Below, piece after piece: positions 9,262 through 19,217 of a stretch of DNA of 64,000 nt (its first letter is position 1; the number at the start of each line of letters is the position of its first letter). A program made the translations under genes and the position numbers. The DNA comes from an uncultured Verrucomicrobiae bacterium (GTDB lineage: Bacteria; Verrucomicrobiota; Verrucomicrobiia; Chthoniobacterales; UBA10450): assembly GCA_963726745.1 (NCBI GenBank), contig CAVSDR010000006.1:608001-672000 (forward strand), read 5' to 3'. The notes beneath the pieces were generated by a model. That model saw only the letters and a program-made list of their open reading frames with translations, had not been told where the DNA came from and ran no database searches.

Positions 9262-12039
9262 CTACCGCGGCGCGAACTCGAACTCTGCCTTGTCCTTCTT
9301 CTGCGAAAGGATGAGGTGGGCGGCGAATTTATTGCCGCGCTTGGACACGAAGTCCTCGATCAAGGGCGACTTGCCATCTTTTAACAGCGCTTTCACTTCC
9401 TCGGGTGTGATCTCGTGCTCGCAGAGTTTCTTGGTCAGCTTGAAGACCTCGCGGTTGTCCTGGTCCGGCTTACGCACGTAGTAGTTTTCGTCCAGCTCCA
9501 CCAGCTCGCCGCCGTGGACCTTGCTCTCGCCGATCACTTTCGCCTTCGAGAGATCGGCCTTGGCGCGCGCCTTCCGCTCGACCGGCTTCCCGTCTTTCCC
9601 GGTCTTCGCGGCGCGCGGCGGGAATTCCCAACGAATCTTCTCGTCCGCCTTGACCAGGAAGGCGTCAAAAGGCCGGTTCTTTTTCGAAGTGAAACCTTGG
9701 AGCAAATCGGTCTTTCCCTGCTCCACCAGCTTGATCGCCTGCTCGCGCGGGATCTCCTTCTTGCACATCAACCGCGGCAGCCGGAAGGCCTGCTTCCACT
9801 CACCGTTTTCCTGCTCGCGCAGGACGTAGTTTGAGCCGACTTCGCAGAGCTCCGCGCCGGTCGCCGGATCGGTCCAGAAGGATTCCACCGAGCCGAGGTC
9901 GACCTTGTCGCCGAAATCGTATTCCGCTTTCCACTTCGCGGTCTTTTCGTCCTTCACCAGGCGAAGGGTGGCGGCAAAACTATTGCGCGTTTTCGCCGAG
10001 ATGAAGCCGTCGAGCGGCCCGACGCTTCCCTTTTCCACCAGCTCGCGGATTTCGCTCTCCTCCATTTTCCGGCCGCCGATCACCTTGTAGAGCATGAACT
10101 CGCCGTCCTGCGACTTGTAGCCGCGCAGGGTTTCGCGCAGCGGTTTGCCATCGGTCGGCGAAAGGATGTCCGTCTCGCGCGCGACCGAGTCGTCTTCCTC
10201 GAAACCCTTCACCCGCGCCACGATTCCTTTCGTCTCCTCGACGATCTCGGCCATGAATTTTGCGCGTGGGAATTTCCCCTGCTCCATCAGGCGCAATTGA
10301 TGTTCCCATTCGCCCGTCATCGCCGGGCTGGTGATATCGGTCGCCTTCACCGCGGTGAGGAACTCGATCAACTGCTCGGCCTTTGCCGTGGGCACGAGCT
10401 CGCGCTGCTGGCGGTCCATATACTTCTGGTAGATCAGGCCGTCGATCGTGTCGGCGCGCGTGGCCGGAGTGCCGAGGCCGCGCTCTTTCATCGCCTCCGC
10501 CAGCTCCTCGTCCTCGACCAATTTGCCGGCTGTTTCCATCGCGGAAAGCAGCGTCGCTTCGGTGTAACGCGGCGGCGGCTTGGTCGCTTCGCTGTGGAGC
10601 GTGGCTTCGAGTGTCTTTGCCTGCGCGTTGTCTTCCTTGGACAACGCAGGAAGCGCCTTGTCGTCATCGACCGTGCCTTTGCCGTAAACTTCCAGCCAGC
10701 CAGCACTCGTTAGGACTTTGCCTTCGGTCTTGAACTTGTGGCCCGCGACCACGCTCAGGCGCGTGGTCACATCGAACTCGGCCGCCGGATAGAAAACCGC
10801 GATGAAACGGCGCGCGACCATGTCGTAGATCTTCGCCTCGGATTCATCGAGGTTCTTCGCCTCGGAAGCGGTCGGGATGATCGCAAAGTGATCGCTGATC
10901 TGCGCGTTGTTGAAGATGCGCTTGTTCGGCCGGACGTAATCCTTCGCCAGCGCCTTCTGCGCGTGCGTCCCAAGATTGCCGGCTAAATTAGCCAGCGTTT
11001 CCTTGACCGTGGGGATGTAATCCTCCGGCAGCGCGCGCGAATCGGTGCGCGGGTAGGTGAGCATCTTGTGCTTCTCGTAAAGTGCCTGCGCGATCTGCAG
11101 GGTGCGCTTGGCCGAGAAACCAAAACGGCCATTGGCCTCGCGTTGCAACGTCGTCAAGTCATAGAGCCGCGGCGCGATCTGCGAACTCCCTTTCTTCTCT
11201 TCCGAGACCTGCGCCAGCGGCTGGCCGGCGCATGCCCTAACGACTGCTTCTGCTTCCGCCTGCTCCCAGACGCGATCGATCCGGTCGTGCTCGTCGTTCT
11301 CCGCGCGCTTGAAATTGGCCCGCTGGAAAACGCCTTCGTAAGTCCCCTGCGCGATCTCGAATTTTGCAGTCACGCGCCAGTAATCCCGCGGCCGGAAATT
11401 CCGGATTTCGAGCTCCCGCGCGTAGACCATCGCCAGCGTAGGCGTCTGCACGCGGCCGACGGAAGCGACGTTGCCGGCGCGCGAGCCGAACATCCGCTTG
11501 GTGATCGCGCGGGTGCCGTTGATCCCGATGAGCCAGTCGCTCTCGCTGCGGGAGCGGGCGGCATCGGCCAGGCCCTGCATCTCCGCGCCATCGCGCAGGC
11601 GGGTGAAGCCATCGCGGATCGCCTGCGGGGTCATCGATTGCAGCCAAAGCCGCTTCACCGGGTGCTTGTTCTTCGCCAGCTGCGTGAGGTAGGCGAAAAT
11701 CAGTTCGCCCTCGCGGCCGGCGTCGCAGGCGTTGATCACTTCGGTCACGTCCTTGCGGGCGATGAGTTTTTTGAGCGTGTTGAATTTATCCTTCGAACTT
11801 TCGCTCGGCTTGAGCTCGAATTTCTCCGGGATGATCGGGAGCGTCTCGAGCCGCCAGAAGCCGTATTTCTTCTTGTCGATGTCCTCCGGCATGAGGAGTT
11901 CGGCCACGTGGCCAACGGCGGAGGCGACGATGTATTGCTCGTTCTCGAAGAAGTCGCCCTTCTTCGGAATCTTGCCCAAAACGCGCGCAATATCCGCGGC
12001 GACGGAAGGCTTCTCAGCAATGATCAATGACTTAGACAT
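9262..12039 (-). CDS. topB: DNA topoisomerase III (type IA) with C-terminal repeats
   Basis: MSKSLIIAEKPSVA, NACDAGREGELIF, GRVQTPTL, LTYPRTDS and GLGTPATRA; C-terminal GFxSK repeats. Confidence 0.93.
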   Translation of the reverse strand: MSKSLIIAEKPSVAADIARVLGKIPKKGDFFENEQYIVASAVGHVAELLMPEDIDKKKYGFWRLETLPIIPEKFELKPSESSKDKFNTLKKLIARKDVTEVINACDAGREGELIFAYLTQLAKNKHPVKRLWLQSMTPQAIRDGFTRLRDGAEMQGLADAARSRSESDWLIGINGTRAITKRMFGSRAGNVASVGRVQTPTLAMVYARELEIRNFRPRDYWRVTAKFEIAQGTYEGVFQRANFKRAENDEHDRIDRVWEQAEAEAVVRACAGQPLAQVSEEKKGSSQIAPRLYDLTTLQREANGRFGFSAKRTLQIAQALYEKHKMLTYPRTDSRALPEDYIPTVKETLANLAGNLGTHAQKALAKDYVRPNKRIFNNAQISDHFAIIPTASEAKNLDESEAKIYDMVARRFIAVFYPAAEFDVTTRLSVVAGHKFKTEGKVLTSAGWLEVYGKGTVDDDKALPALSKEDNAQAKTLEATLHSEATKPPPRYTEATLLSAMETAGKLVEDEELAEAMKERGLGTPATRADTIDGLIYQKYMDRQQRELVPTAKAEQLIEFLTAVKATDITSPAMTGEWEHQLRLMEQGKFPRAKFMAEIVEETKGIVARVKGFEEDDSVARETDILSPTDGKPLRETLRGYKSQDGEFMLYKVIGGRKMEESEIRELVEKGSVGPLDGFISAKTRNSFAATLRLVKDEKTAKWKAEYDFGDKVDLGSVESFWTDPATGAELCEVGSNYVLREQENGEWKQAFRLPRLMCKKEIPREQAIKLVEQGKTDLLQGFTSKKNRPFDAFLVKADEKIRWEFPPRAAKTGKDGKPVERKARAKADLSKAKVIGESKVHGGELVELDENYYVRKPDQDNREVFKLTKKLCEHEITPEEVKALLKDGKSPLIEDFVSKRGNKFAAHLILSQKKDKAEFEFAPR

Positions 12040-12087
12040 TCGCGTGCGCACCCCGAGAGGTGAGGCAAACAACTGACGCCGGCGGCC

Positions 12088-13192
12088 CTAGCCGAGTTTG
12101 ACGAAATATTTTCCCGGCAGCTGTTTGACGAGCCGTTTTAGCTCAAGGCGCAGGAGGGTAGAAGAGACGCTCCCGCTTGGCAAATTGGATTTTGCCGCGA
12201 TGTCGTCGATGGAAGTTTCGGTTTCGCGGATGGCTTCGAAAACGCGGCGTTCGTCTTCCGTCAGCTCAGGCAAGGGGCGCGCGGCCGCTTCCGGCGCGGG
12301 CTTGGTGTCGGGGAGGAGGAGATTCAGATCGTCGAGAATGTCGCCCGCTTCCGCGACCAGTTTGGCGCCCTGCTGGATCAAACGATTCGAACCCTGCGCG
12401 CTCGGGACATTGATGTGGCCAGGCACAGCGTAGACCGCGCGTCCCTGGTCCAGCGCCTGGGTCGCGGTGATGAGCGCGCCGCTGTTCAGCCCGGCTTCGA
12501 CGACGAGGATGCCGTGGCTCCAACCGCTGATGATGCGATTCCGCATCGGGAAGGTTTGGCGGTCCGGCTCCACCGTCATGGAAAACTCCGAGACGACCGC
12601 GCCGCCGCCGCTCGCAATTTTCTCGGCGAGGCCGGCGTTCTCCGGCGGGTAAAGCTTCATTAAACCGGAACCGATCACGGCAATGGTGCGGCCTTTCGCG
12701 GCGAGCGCGCCCTGATGCGCGGCGGTGTCGATTCCGCGCGCGAGACCGCTGACAATCGTCAGTCCCGCATAGGCCAACTGGTAGGCTAATTTCTTCGCGC
12801 TCTCGCTGCCGTAATGCGTCGTGCGACGGGAGCCAATCACGCCGATGGCGTGGCGGTCGCGCTCGAGGAGTTCGCCCCAGACGTAGAGCACGATCGGCGG
12901 CGCATGGATCTCGCGCAGTTGCCGCGAATACATCGGCGATTCCGCGGTGATGACCGTCGCGCCGAAATCGCGGATGCGCTGCCAGTTCCGCCGGCAAGAT
13001 CGACCGCGAGCTTTCCCAGTCGACGATCTGCGCCGCGACTTCCGCACCGATCCCTTCGACTGCGCGCAGCGCCGCGCCTTTTGCCTGGAGGACGCGCTCG
13101 GGCGTTTCGAAAACCTCGAGGAGCTTCCGCAGGCGCACCGGCCCCATCTTCGGGAGCATGTTCAGCGCGATGCAGGCCTCGGTGGAGTTCAT
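12088..13192 (-). CDS. dprA: DNA-processing protein DprA (several indels clustered at about 12975-13015)
   Basis: N-part ALNMLPKMGPVRLRKLLEVF; C-part IVSGLARGIDTAAHQGAL, FPMRNRIISG, EAGLNSGALIT, and C-terminal wHTH LLRLELKRLVKQLPG. Confidence 0.92.
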
Positions 13193-13270
13193 CTGCGAGC
13201 GCCGGTCGAGGACCGCGAGAAATTAGCCGGCAAGTTCATGGGGGAACCACCGATCGAGGAAACCCGGAGG

Positions 13271-13756
13271 CTAGAACGGAATCTCGTCGTCGTCCGGCTC
13301 GCCTTGCGGCGGGCGGGAAGGCGGAGCGCTGCTGGAGCGGTTGCTCGAGCGTTGCGGAGCCTGGCCGCTGCCGCGGCTTTCGCCGCCGCTGCCCGGACCT
13401 TCGTCGTCTCCGCCAGCGCCGGGCCGGCCACCGAGGAGCTGCATGGCTTCGCCGATGACCTTGAGCTTGGTGCGCTTTTGGCCGGACTGCTTGTCGTCCC
13501 AGGAATCCATCTGCAGGCGGCCTTCGATCAAGACCGGGCGGCCTTTCTTCAAATATTCTCCAGCGATTTCCGCGGTGCGCCCCCAGAGGGTGACGTCCAC
13601 AAAAGTGACTTCCTCGCGTTTCTCGCCGGCGTCGGTCGAGTAAACGCGGTTCACCGCGAGACCGATATCGGTGACCGCGCTGCCCTTGGGCGTGTAACGC
13701 ACCTCGGGGTCGCGGGTGAGATTCCCCATGAGGATGACTCGATTAAAGCTGGCCAT
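13271..13756 (-). CDS. ssb: Single-stranded DNA-binding protein
   Basis: NRVILMGNLTRDPEVRYTP; acidic tail DDDEIPF. Confidence 0.97.
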   Translation of the reverse strand: MASFNRVILMGNLTRDPEVRYTPKGSAVTDIGLAVNRVYSTDAGEKREEVTFVDVTLWGRTAEIAGEYLKKGRPVLIEGRLQMDSWDDKQSGQKRTKLKVIGEAMQLLGGRPGAGGDDEGPGSGGESRGSGQAPQRSSNRSSSAPPSRPPQGEPDDDEIPF

Positions 13757-13774
13757 CCGGCAGTTCTACTGAGG

Positions 13775-14107
13775 TTACTTCTCGGCCGCGACTTTTTTCG
13801 ACGAACCCTCGGAAGCCTTCGGCTTCAGGCGCTGGTAGTGCTGGCGATAGACTTCCGGGTCGAGCTTGAACTTCGAGCGCAGCTTGGTGATGAGCTGCGA
13901 ATCGGCGTGGAAGATGAAGTTCACGTAGTAGCCGCTATCGAGTTCGCCGGCCTGGTAGGAGAACTGCCGCTTGTCCATCTTCTGGACCTGCTCGACGTCG
14001 GCGCCTTCCTTGTGAAATTCGCCCTCGAGACGGTCGACGATGTCTTTAACGGTGTCCTCTTTGCCCTGAGCGTTCAGGACCAGCAATGCTTCGTAACGAT
14101 TCTTCAT
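13775..14107 (-). CDS. rpsF: 30S ribosomal protein S6
   Basis: MKNRYEALLVL...KRQFSY...GYYVNFIF; lies between pth and ssb. Confidence 0.92.
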   Translation of the reverse strand: MKNRYEALLVLNAQGKEDTVKDIVDRLEGEFHKEGADVEQVQKMDKRQFSYQAGELDSGYYVNFIFHADSQLITKLRSKFKLDPEVYRQHYQRLKPKASEGSSKKVAAEK

Positions 14108-14685
14108 GATTCCGGAAATTTGTTGAAGGTGTTCATCGCGGAAAGCAGCCCATTGTCAATGACGCACTTCACCGCCTCGGCCGCGCGCGCGACCGTTTTC
14201 TCGACCAAAGGCTGCTCTTCCGGGAAGAAGCGGCCGAGGACGAAATCGACCGCGCCATGCTCCGGCGCGGCGCCGATGCCAACGCGCAGCCGCGGGATCT
14301 GGTCGCTCCCGAACGAGACAATGATCGAGTCGATTCCATTATGCCCGCCGGTGCCGCCGGCGAGGCGCAGGCGCAGGCGGCCGAGCGGCAGCGCCATGTC
14401 ATCAAAAACAGCCAGCACTTCCTCCGGCTCGATCTTGTAGAATTGCGCCACCGCCGCGAGCGGAACGCCGCTGCGGTTCATGTAGCTCATCGGTTTAACC
14501 AGCAGGATGTCGCCGGTCTTGGCCCAGTGCGCGCCCCATTTCGCGGAGCGCTCCCACGGAACCCGCGCGTCCGCCGCCAGGCGGTCGAGGACCATGAAGC
14601 CGATGTTGTGACGCGTGCGCTCGTATTCGGCCCCGGGATTGCCCAGGCCCACGACCAGCCGCACTCGTTTCGGTTCGCCCGGCAC
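14104..14685 (-). CDS. pth: Peptidyl-tRNA hydrolase
   Basis: VGLGNPG.EY..TRHNIGF, KPMSYMNRSG, GGHNG, RLRVGIG. Confidence 0.97.
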   Translation of the reverse strand: MPGEPKRVRLVVGLGNPGAEYERTRHNIGFMVLDRLAADARVPWERSAKWGAHWAKTGDILLVKPMSYMNRSGVPLAAVAQFYKIEPEEVLAVFDDMALPLGRLRLRLAGGTGGHNGIDSIIVSFGSDQIPRLRVGIGAAPEHGAVDFVLGRFFPEEQPLVEKTVARAAEAVKCVIDNGLLSAMNTFNKFPES

Positions 14686-14725
14686 TTCTCGTTAGGCGAG
14701 AAAAACGCGCGTCGCAGCCGGCCGG

Positions 14726-15389
14726 CTACTTCTTGGCGTCCTTGCCGGCAGCGTCGGCGTCTTCCTTCTTCTCCTTGATCACTTCCGGCGCGGCAGGCGC
14801 GGCCGCGGTAACCGCCGGCGTCTCCTCGACCGTCGGAGCCAGGACAGAGAAAGCCGTCAAATCGGCCGGCACGCGGGTGCTCACACCTTCCGGCAGCGGC
14901 AGCTCGCGCACGTGAATGGCGTCGCCGACGTTCAAGGCGGAGACGTCCACCTGGATGCGTATCCGGCAGGTCTTTCGGGAGACATTCAATCGCGAGCGTG
15001 CGCAGGTTCTGCTCGAGCAGACCGCCGAAATTCTTCACGCCATTGGAGGTGCCGACCGGCTCCAGCGGCACGTCCGCCTGGATCTTCTCGTCCATCGAAA
15101 CCGCGTGGAAATCGACATGCAAGACGTCGCCGCCGATCGGGGCGTGCTGCACTTCCTGGATGAGCGCGAGGCGGTTGGCCCCATCAATCTCCAGCTCCAC
15201 GAGAATGTTCTCGCCGGAGGCATGGCTCAACATCGTGGCGATCTCGCGTCGCGAGACCTGCAAGGCTTCCGGCTGGGACTTTGCCCCGTAAATGACGGCC
15301 GGGACGGAGCCTTCTGCCTTGAGTTTCCGCACCGCGGAGCGGCCGAGGGCCGTCCGGCGTTGCGCCGCGAGTTTCACTTGTTTTGCCAT
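14726..15389 (-). CDS. rplY: 50S ribosomal protein L25/Ctc (one indel near 14960)
   Basis: MAKQVKLAAQRR...VPAVIYG...LHVDF; after the frame change IQVDVSALNVGDAIHVREL...PEVIKEKK. Confidence 0.93.
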
Positions 15390-15534
15390 GATGCTGTCTA
15401 GTTCGGGGACGTTTTTTCGAGCTGGTATGTATTGCCGGGAATCGCCGTTTTGCAAAGGGAATCGGCAGCAATCTCCCGGCGACCTTTCTCGCACCGGTGC
15501 AGGGGAAACCCCAGGCCGCTCTAAGTCCGGCCAA

Positions 15535-15550
15535 TGGCACCCGGTCTGCT
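15535..15550 (+). promoter_or_regulatory. Candidate sigma54 (-24/-12) promoter of the pilin trio
   Basis: TGGCACCCGGTCTGCT is GG-N10-GC and matches TGGCACG-N4-TTGCW; about 28 nt upstream of ATG 15578. Confidence 0.6.
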
Positions 15551-15577
15551 TATCAAGAACGGGATTTCCGCACCGTA

Positions 15578-16090
15578 ATGATCCTCTCGAACGCCCAACG
15601 CCGCCAGACTTCCGGTTTCTCGATCGTGGAGATCTGTATCGCCGTGCTCATCAGCACGCTCTTCGGAGCGGCCGCCTTCATGGTGAACACGCAAATCCTC
15701 AACAGCCTGCGCTCCCAGAAGGAGACCGCCGCCGCCACGCTGGTGCTGCAACAGCGGATGGAAACCTTTCGCGCCACAGCTTTCTCCAACATCGCCGACC
15801 GCGATTACGTGAAAAGGAACATCCTCGTCATCCCGACCGGGTCCGAGGATGCGCTGCAGAACCTCACGGAAACCATGACCGTGGGCGTTTACCCACCGGA
15901 CGGTTCCATCAACACCGTCGTCAGCCGGGACCCCAATCACCCGAATGGGCAGAACGTGACGCAAAACAACAACCTCGCGCTGGCCAAGCTCCTGCGGGTC
16001 GACATCACGGAACAGTGGACGAGCACCAACGGGCGGTCCCGCACCCGGCAGCTAACGTCCATTTTCGGAATCGGAAACATCGCCCCATGA
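15578..16090 (+). CDS. Type IV minor pilin / pseudopilin (PilV-like)
   Basis: Class III signal RRQTSG|FSIVEICIAVLISTLF with E5. Confidence 0.85.
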   Translation: MILSNAQRRQTSGFSIVEICIAVLISTLFGAAAFMVNTQILNSLRSQKETAAATLVLQQRMETFRATAFSNIADRDYVKRNILVIPTGSEDALQNLTETMTVGVYPPDGSINTVVSRDPNHPNGQNVTQNNNLALAKLLRVDITEQWTSTNGRSRTRQLTSIFGIGNIAP

Positions 16091-16650
16091 AGAGAAATTT
16101 TCGTCCCACTGCGGGTATGACCCTGGTGGAAATCATGATCACCGTGGGTTGCGCCTCCATCCTCATGGCGGCGGTCTTGATCTCCGGAGTGGCCCTGCAA
16201 CGCAGTGCGATGGCCGCGCAGCAATACGCCATCGCCGAGGCCGACCAAATGCGAGTGGAAGACTATATCGCGATGGATTCCCGGCGTTGCGTCTCCGCGA
16301 CTGTGCTCAACAACACCGTCACCTTCAGCATTCCGACATACTACGACAATACGGGCGCCCCGTTGAACCCGACCTACGATGCGTTCGGCGGCATCGGCTA
16401 CGGCACCGGGACGGTTCCCATTTCTTATTACAAAAGCGGCGACACCTTCGTGCGGAACGTCAATGGCACCGAGAGCGTGGTTGCGAGTGACGTCGCCTCC
16501 TTCAACGTCACCCCGATCGATCTCACCTCGAGCCTGAGCTGCTCGATCACTTTCCTCCCGCGCTTCACCAATGTGGCGCCGCCCGCGCCCATCGCCGGGA
16601 CCACGGTTTACATCAACACCTTCCTCCGCAACGCCTCGGCCCGCCAATAG
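16087..16650 (+). CDS. Type IV minor pilin / pseudopilin (PilW-like)
   Basis: MKRNFRPTAG|MTLVEIMITVGCASILMAAV; ATGA overlap with the upstream gene. Confidence 0.85.
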   Translation: MKRNFRPTAGMTLVEIMITVGCASILMAAVLISGVALQRSAMAAQQYAIAEADQMRVEDYIAMDSRRCVSATVLNNTVTFSIPTYYDNTGAPLNPTYDAFGGIGYGTGTVPISYYKSGDTFVRNVNGTESVVASDVASFNVTPIDLTSSLSCSITFLPRFTNVAPPAPIAGTTVYINTFLRNASARQ

Positions 16651-16654
16651 CCCT

Positions 16655-18133
16655 ATGAAACTCGCAACCCCCAAACACCCCGCCGGCAGCGTCCTCGTTA
16701 CCACCATCCTCACGGTCACTTTGATGGCCTTGATCTGCTCGGCCGCCTTGGTCGTTACCAGCCAAACGGCGACTACTTCCATGCAGACAGCCAGCTGGCA
16801 TCAAGCCCTTACCGGGGCGGAAGCCGCTGCCGACCAGGCGATGAATGCCCTCAATACCGACAACTGGGCTGGCTGGTACACGGTCACTGGCGCCCCCTCG
16901 AAAAGTCAACCCTCCGGCGGAGTCGCCGCTACTGCCAAGCCGACCGCCGGCAAATACAACTATTACATCCCGCCGGCACTAACCGTCCCCGGCGAAGGCG
17001 GAACCAACCTGACGATGTGGACTACGGTCGACAATGGCGGGCTGCCATTGGATCAAAACGGCAACCAGGCGTTTCGAATCCGTGCCGCCGGAACGGCCGC
17101 AATCGCCGGCCCAGCCCGGGCCTCGATGAACAAGCTGGATAACCAGCTCCGAAAAATCAGCCTGATCCGCGATAACCAGGCCGGGACCACGGTGGCCAAT
17201 CCGCAGGCGACCCGGCGGATTGAAATCATTGCTCTCCCGGTGGCGCAAAGCATCTGGGTGCGGGCGATGTTGCTGCGCAATCAGATCACCATGAGCGGTG
17301 GTGGGATAATCGACAGCTTCGACTCCACCAACCCATTCAAATCCACCAATGGTCTCTATGATATAACCAAGCGCCAAAACCACGGCGACGTCGCCACGAT
17401 CAATACCAACGGCGCCTCAGACCTAAAGAACACCTACGTCTACGGATCGCTGGCCTACAGCGGAGCTGCGGTCAAGAACACGACCAATGTCCAGGGCACC
17501 ATCTCTACGCCTTTCACAGCGACCGTTCCCGACACGGTCAAACCGACCTGGCCCAACGGCACCTACACCTCTCTGAGCAACGGCAACCCTGGAACTCTGA
17601 CCGCAGGCACGAAGCTGAGTCCTGCGAAATACAAAATCGGAACTCTCACCGTTCCCGGCGGAAATGTGCTGACGATCAATCCTTCGAACTCTGGGGTTGA
17701 TAACAACTACATCGAGGTTTGGGTGACCGGAAAATTCACCACCTCCGGCTCGGGCTACATCACCCAGGACCCTAACGTGCACGTAAAGTATATCGTTGAA
17801 GGCGACATCACGGTGAGCGGAAGCTCGTTTAGTAATCAAAGCGGACTGGCGAAGAATTTGGAAATTGTGGGGATCGGCGCTGGTAAATGCACCATCTCGG
17901 GCGGCGGTAATTTTATCGGCACGATCAACGCCCCAGGCTACGACCTGACCGTGTCGGGCTCCTCCAATCTCAGCGGCGCCTTCATTGCCAACTCGATGAA
18001 CATCAGCGGCGGCGCGAGCGTGCACTACGACGAATCGCTCGCGAAGAACGGCACGAGCACCACGCTGGGCAACTACGCATACGGCAGCTGGTTCGAGGAC
18101 AACTCGGCTGCGAAACGCGGCCTGCTCTTCTAG
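16655..18133 (+). CDS. PilX-like minor pilin with large C-terminal beta-helix domain
   Basis: KHPAG|SVLVTTILTVTLMAL (no E5, as in PilX/GspK), A..GAEAA..QA; G/S/T/N-rich C-terminus FIGTINAP...SGAFIANSMNISGGASVHYDE. Confidence 0.8.
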   Translation: MKLATPKHPAGSVLVTTILTVTLMALICSAALVVTSQTATTSMQTASWHQALTGAEAAADQAMNALNTDNWAGWYTVTGAPSKSQPSGGVAATAKPTAGKYNYYIPPALTVPGEGGTNLTMWTTVDNGGLPLDQNGNQAFRIRAAGTAAIAGPARASMNKLDNQLRKISLIRDNQAGTTVANPQATRRIEIIALPVAQSIWVRAMLLRNQITMSGGGIIDSFDSTNPFKSTNGLYDITKRQNHGDVATINTNGASDLKNTYVYGSLAYSGAAVKNTTNVQGTISTPFTATVPDTVKPTWPNGTYTSLSNGNPGTLTAGTKLSPAKYKIGTLTVPGGNVLTINPSNSGVDNNYIEVWVTGKFTTSGSGYITQDPNVHVKYIVEGDITVSGSSFSNQSGLAKNLEIVGIGAGKCTISGGGNFIGTINAPGYDLTVSGSSNLSGAFIANSMNISGGASVHYDESLAKNGTSTTLGNYAYGSWFEDNSAAKRGLLF

Positions 18134-19110
18134 CCGCCGCCTGCGGAATCGCGGCTACTCGCCTTGATTTCGAAAAGCGACGAGACGGATTCGTCGTTGT
18201 GAATCCGGACAATCCCCTGGCCCAAAAGCTCGGAGATGCAGAGCACGGTGGTGGTGAAATTCTCCACCTTGCGCACCGGGGTGCTGTTGGTGGTGATCAG
18301 TTCCTTGATCTGCGAATTTTGCAGGCGCTCGGTAGCGAGATCGACCAGGACCGCATGGGCGACACCAGCGTAGATATCGAGCGCGCCGTGCGCCTTCAAG
18401 ATGGTCGCAGCCGAAGTGAGTGTGCCGGCTGTTTCGGTGATGTCGTCGACTAAAAGGACGTCGCAGCCTTCGACTTCGCCAATGACATAAAGCGCCTTGG
18501 TCTCGGTCGCGCTTTTCCGCTGCTTCGCCACGATCGCCAGATTGCAGCCCAGCGCCTGGGAGTAGGCCGAGGCCATCTTCAAGCCGCCTACGTCGGGCGA
18601 AACCACCACGGTTTTGCGGGTCAACTTCGTCCGGAGGTAATCAATCAAAACCGGCATGGAATAAAGATGGTCCACCGGGATATCGAAAAATCCCTGCACC
18701 TGCTGCGCGTGCAGATCCATCGTCAGCACGCGGCTCACGCCGGCGGCCGTGAGTAAATTTGCCACCAACTTGGCGGTGATCGGGACGCGCGGCTTATCCT
18801 TGCGATCCTGGCGCGCGTAGCCAAAAAACGGGATCACGGCCGTGATGCGGGCCGCGCTGGCCCGGCGGGCGGCATCGACCATGATCAACAGCTCCATGAT
18901 GTGCTGGTTGGTCGGCGGCGATGTCGGCTGAATGATGAAAACGTCGCGCCCGCGGATGTTTTCCTCGAACTTTACGTAGGTCTCGCCATCAGGAAATGAG
19001 CTGATCGTGGCCGCGCCCAGAGGCGCGCCGATCGAGGCGCAGATGCGCTGCGCAAGTTCCTGGTTCGCGGAGCCGGTGAAGATTTTTAGTTCGGGCTGAA
19101 GGGCGTACAT
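18130..19110 (-). CDS. prs: Ribose-phosphate pyrophosphokinase
   Basis: FPDGE, YARQDRK, DLHAQQVQGFF, VSPDVGG, VDDITETAGT. Confidence 0.97.
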   Translation of the reverse strand: MYALQPELKIFTGSANQELAQRICASIGAPLGAATISSFPDGETYVKFEENIRGRDVFIIQPTSPPTNQHIMELLIMVDAARRASAARITAVIPFFGYARQDRKDKPRVPITAKLVANLLTAAGVSRVLTMDLHAQQVQGFFDIPVDHLYSMPVLIDYLRTKLTRKTVVVSPDVGGLKMASAYSQALGCNLAIVAKQRKSATETKALYVIGEVEGCDVLLVDDITETAGTLTSAATILKAHGALDIYAGVAHAVLVDLATERLQNSQIKELITTNSTPVRKVENFTTTVLCISELLGQGIVRIHNDESVSSLFEIKASSRDSAGGG

Positions 19111-19217
19111 GCGTCGAAAAAGCGGACGAGGAGCGCTAAGGTGGCGCGCCGAAAACGCGTTGGCAATCGATGAATCCTCTTGCGGAGGACGGTCGCGGCA
19201 CCGTTTAAAGTCGGACC

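Noticed and set aside
12947..14440. Long antisense ORFs (e.g. 12947-14440, 37312-38481, 50545-52674, 52678-54081)
   Set aside because: They are shadows of well-supported genes on the opposite strand in high-GC DNA, with no recognisable motifs.
14940..14990. Programmed frameshifting in rplY, moeA or dprA
   Set aside because: No slippery sequence or stimulatory structure is evident, and there are too many unrelated cases; sequencing indels are more parsimonious.
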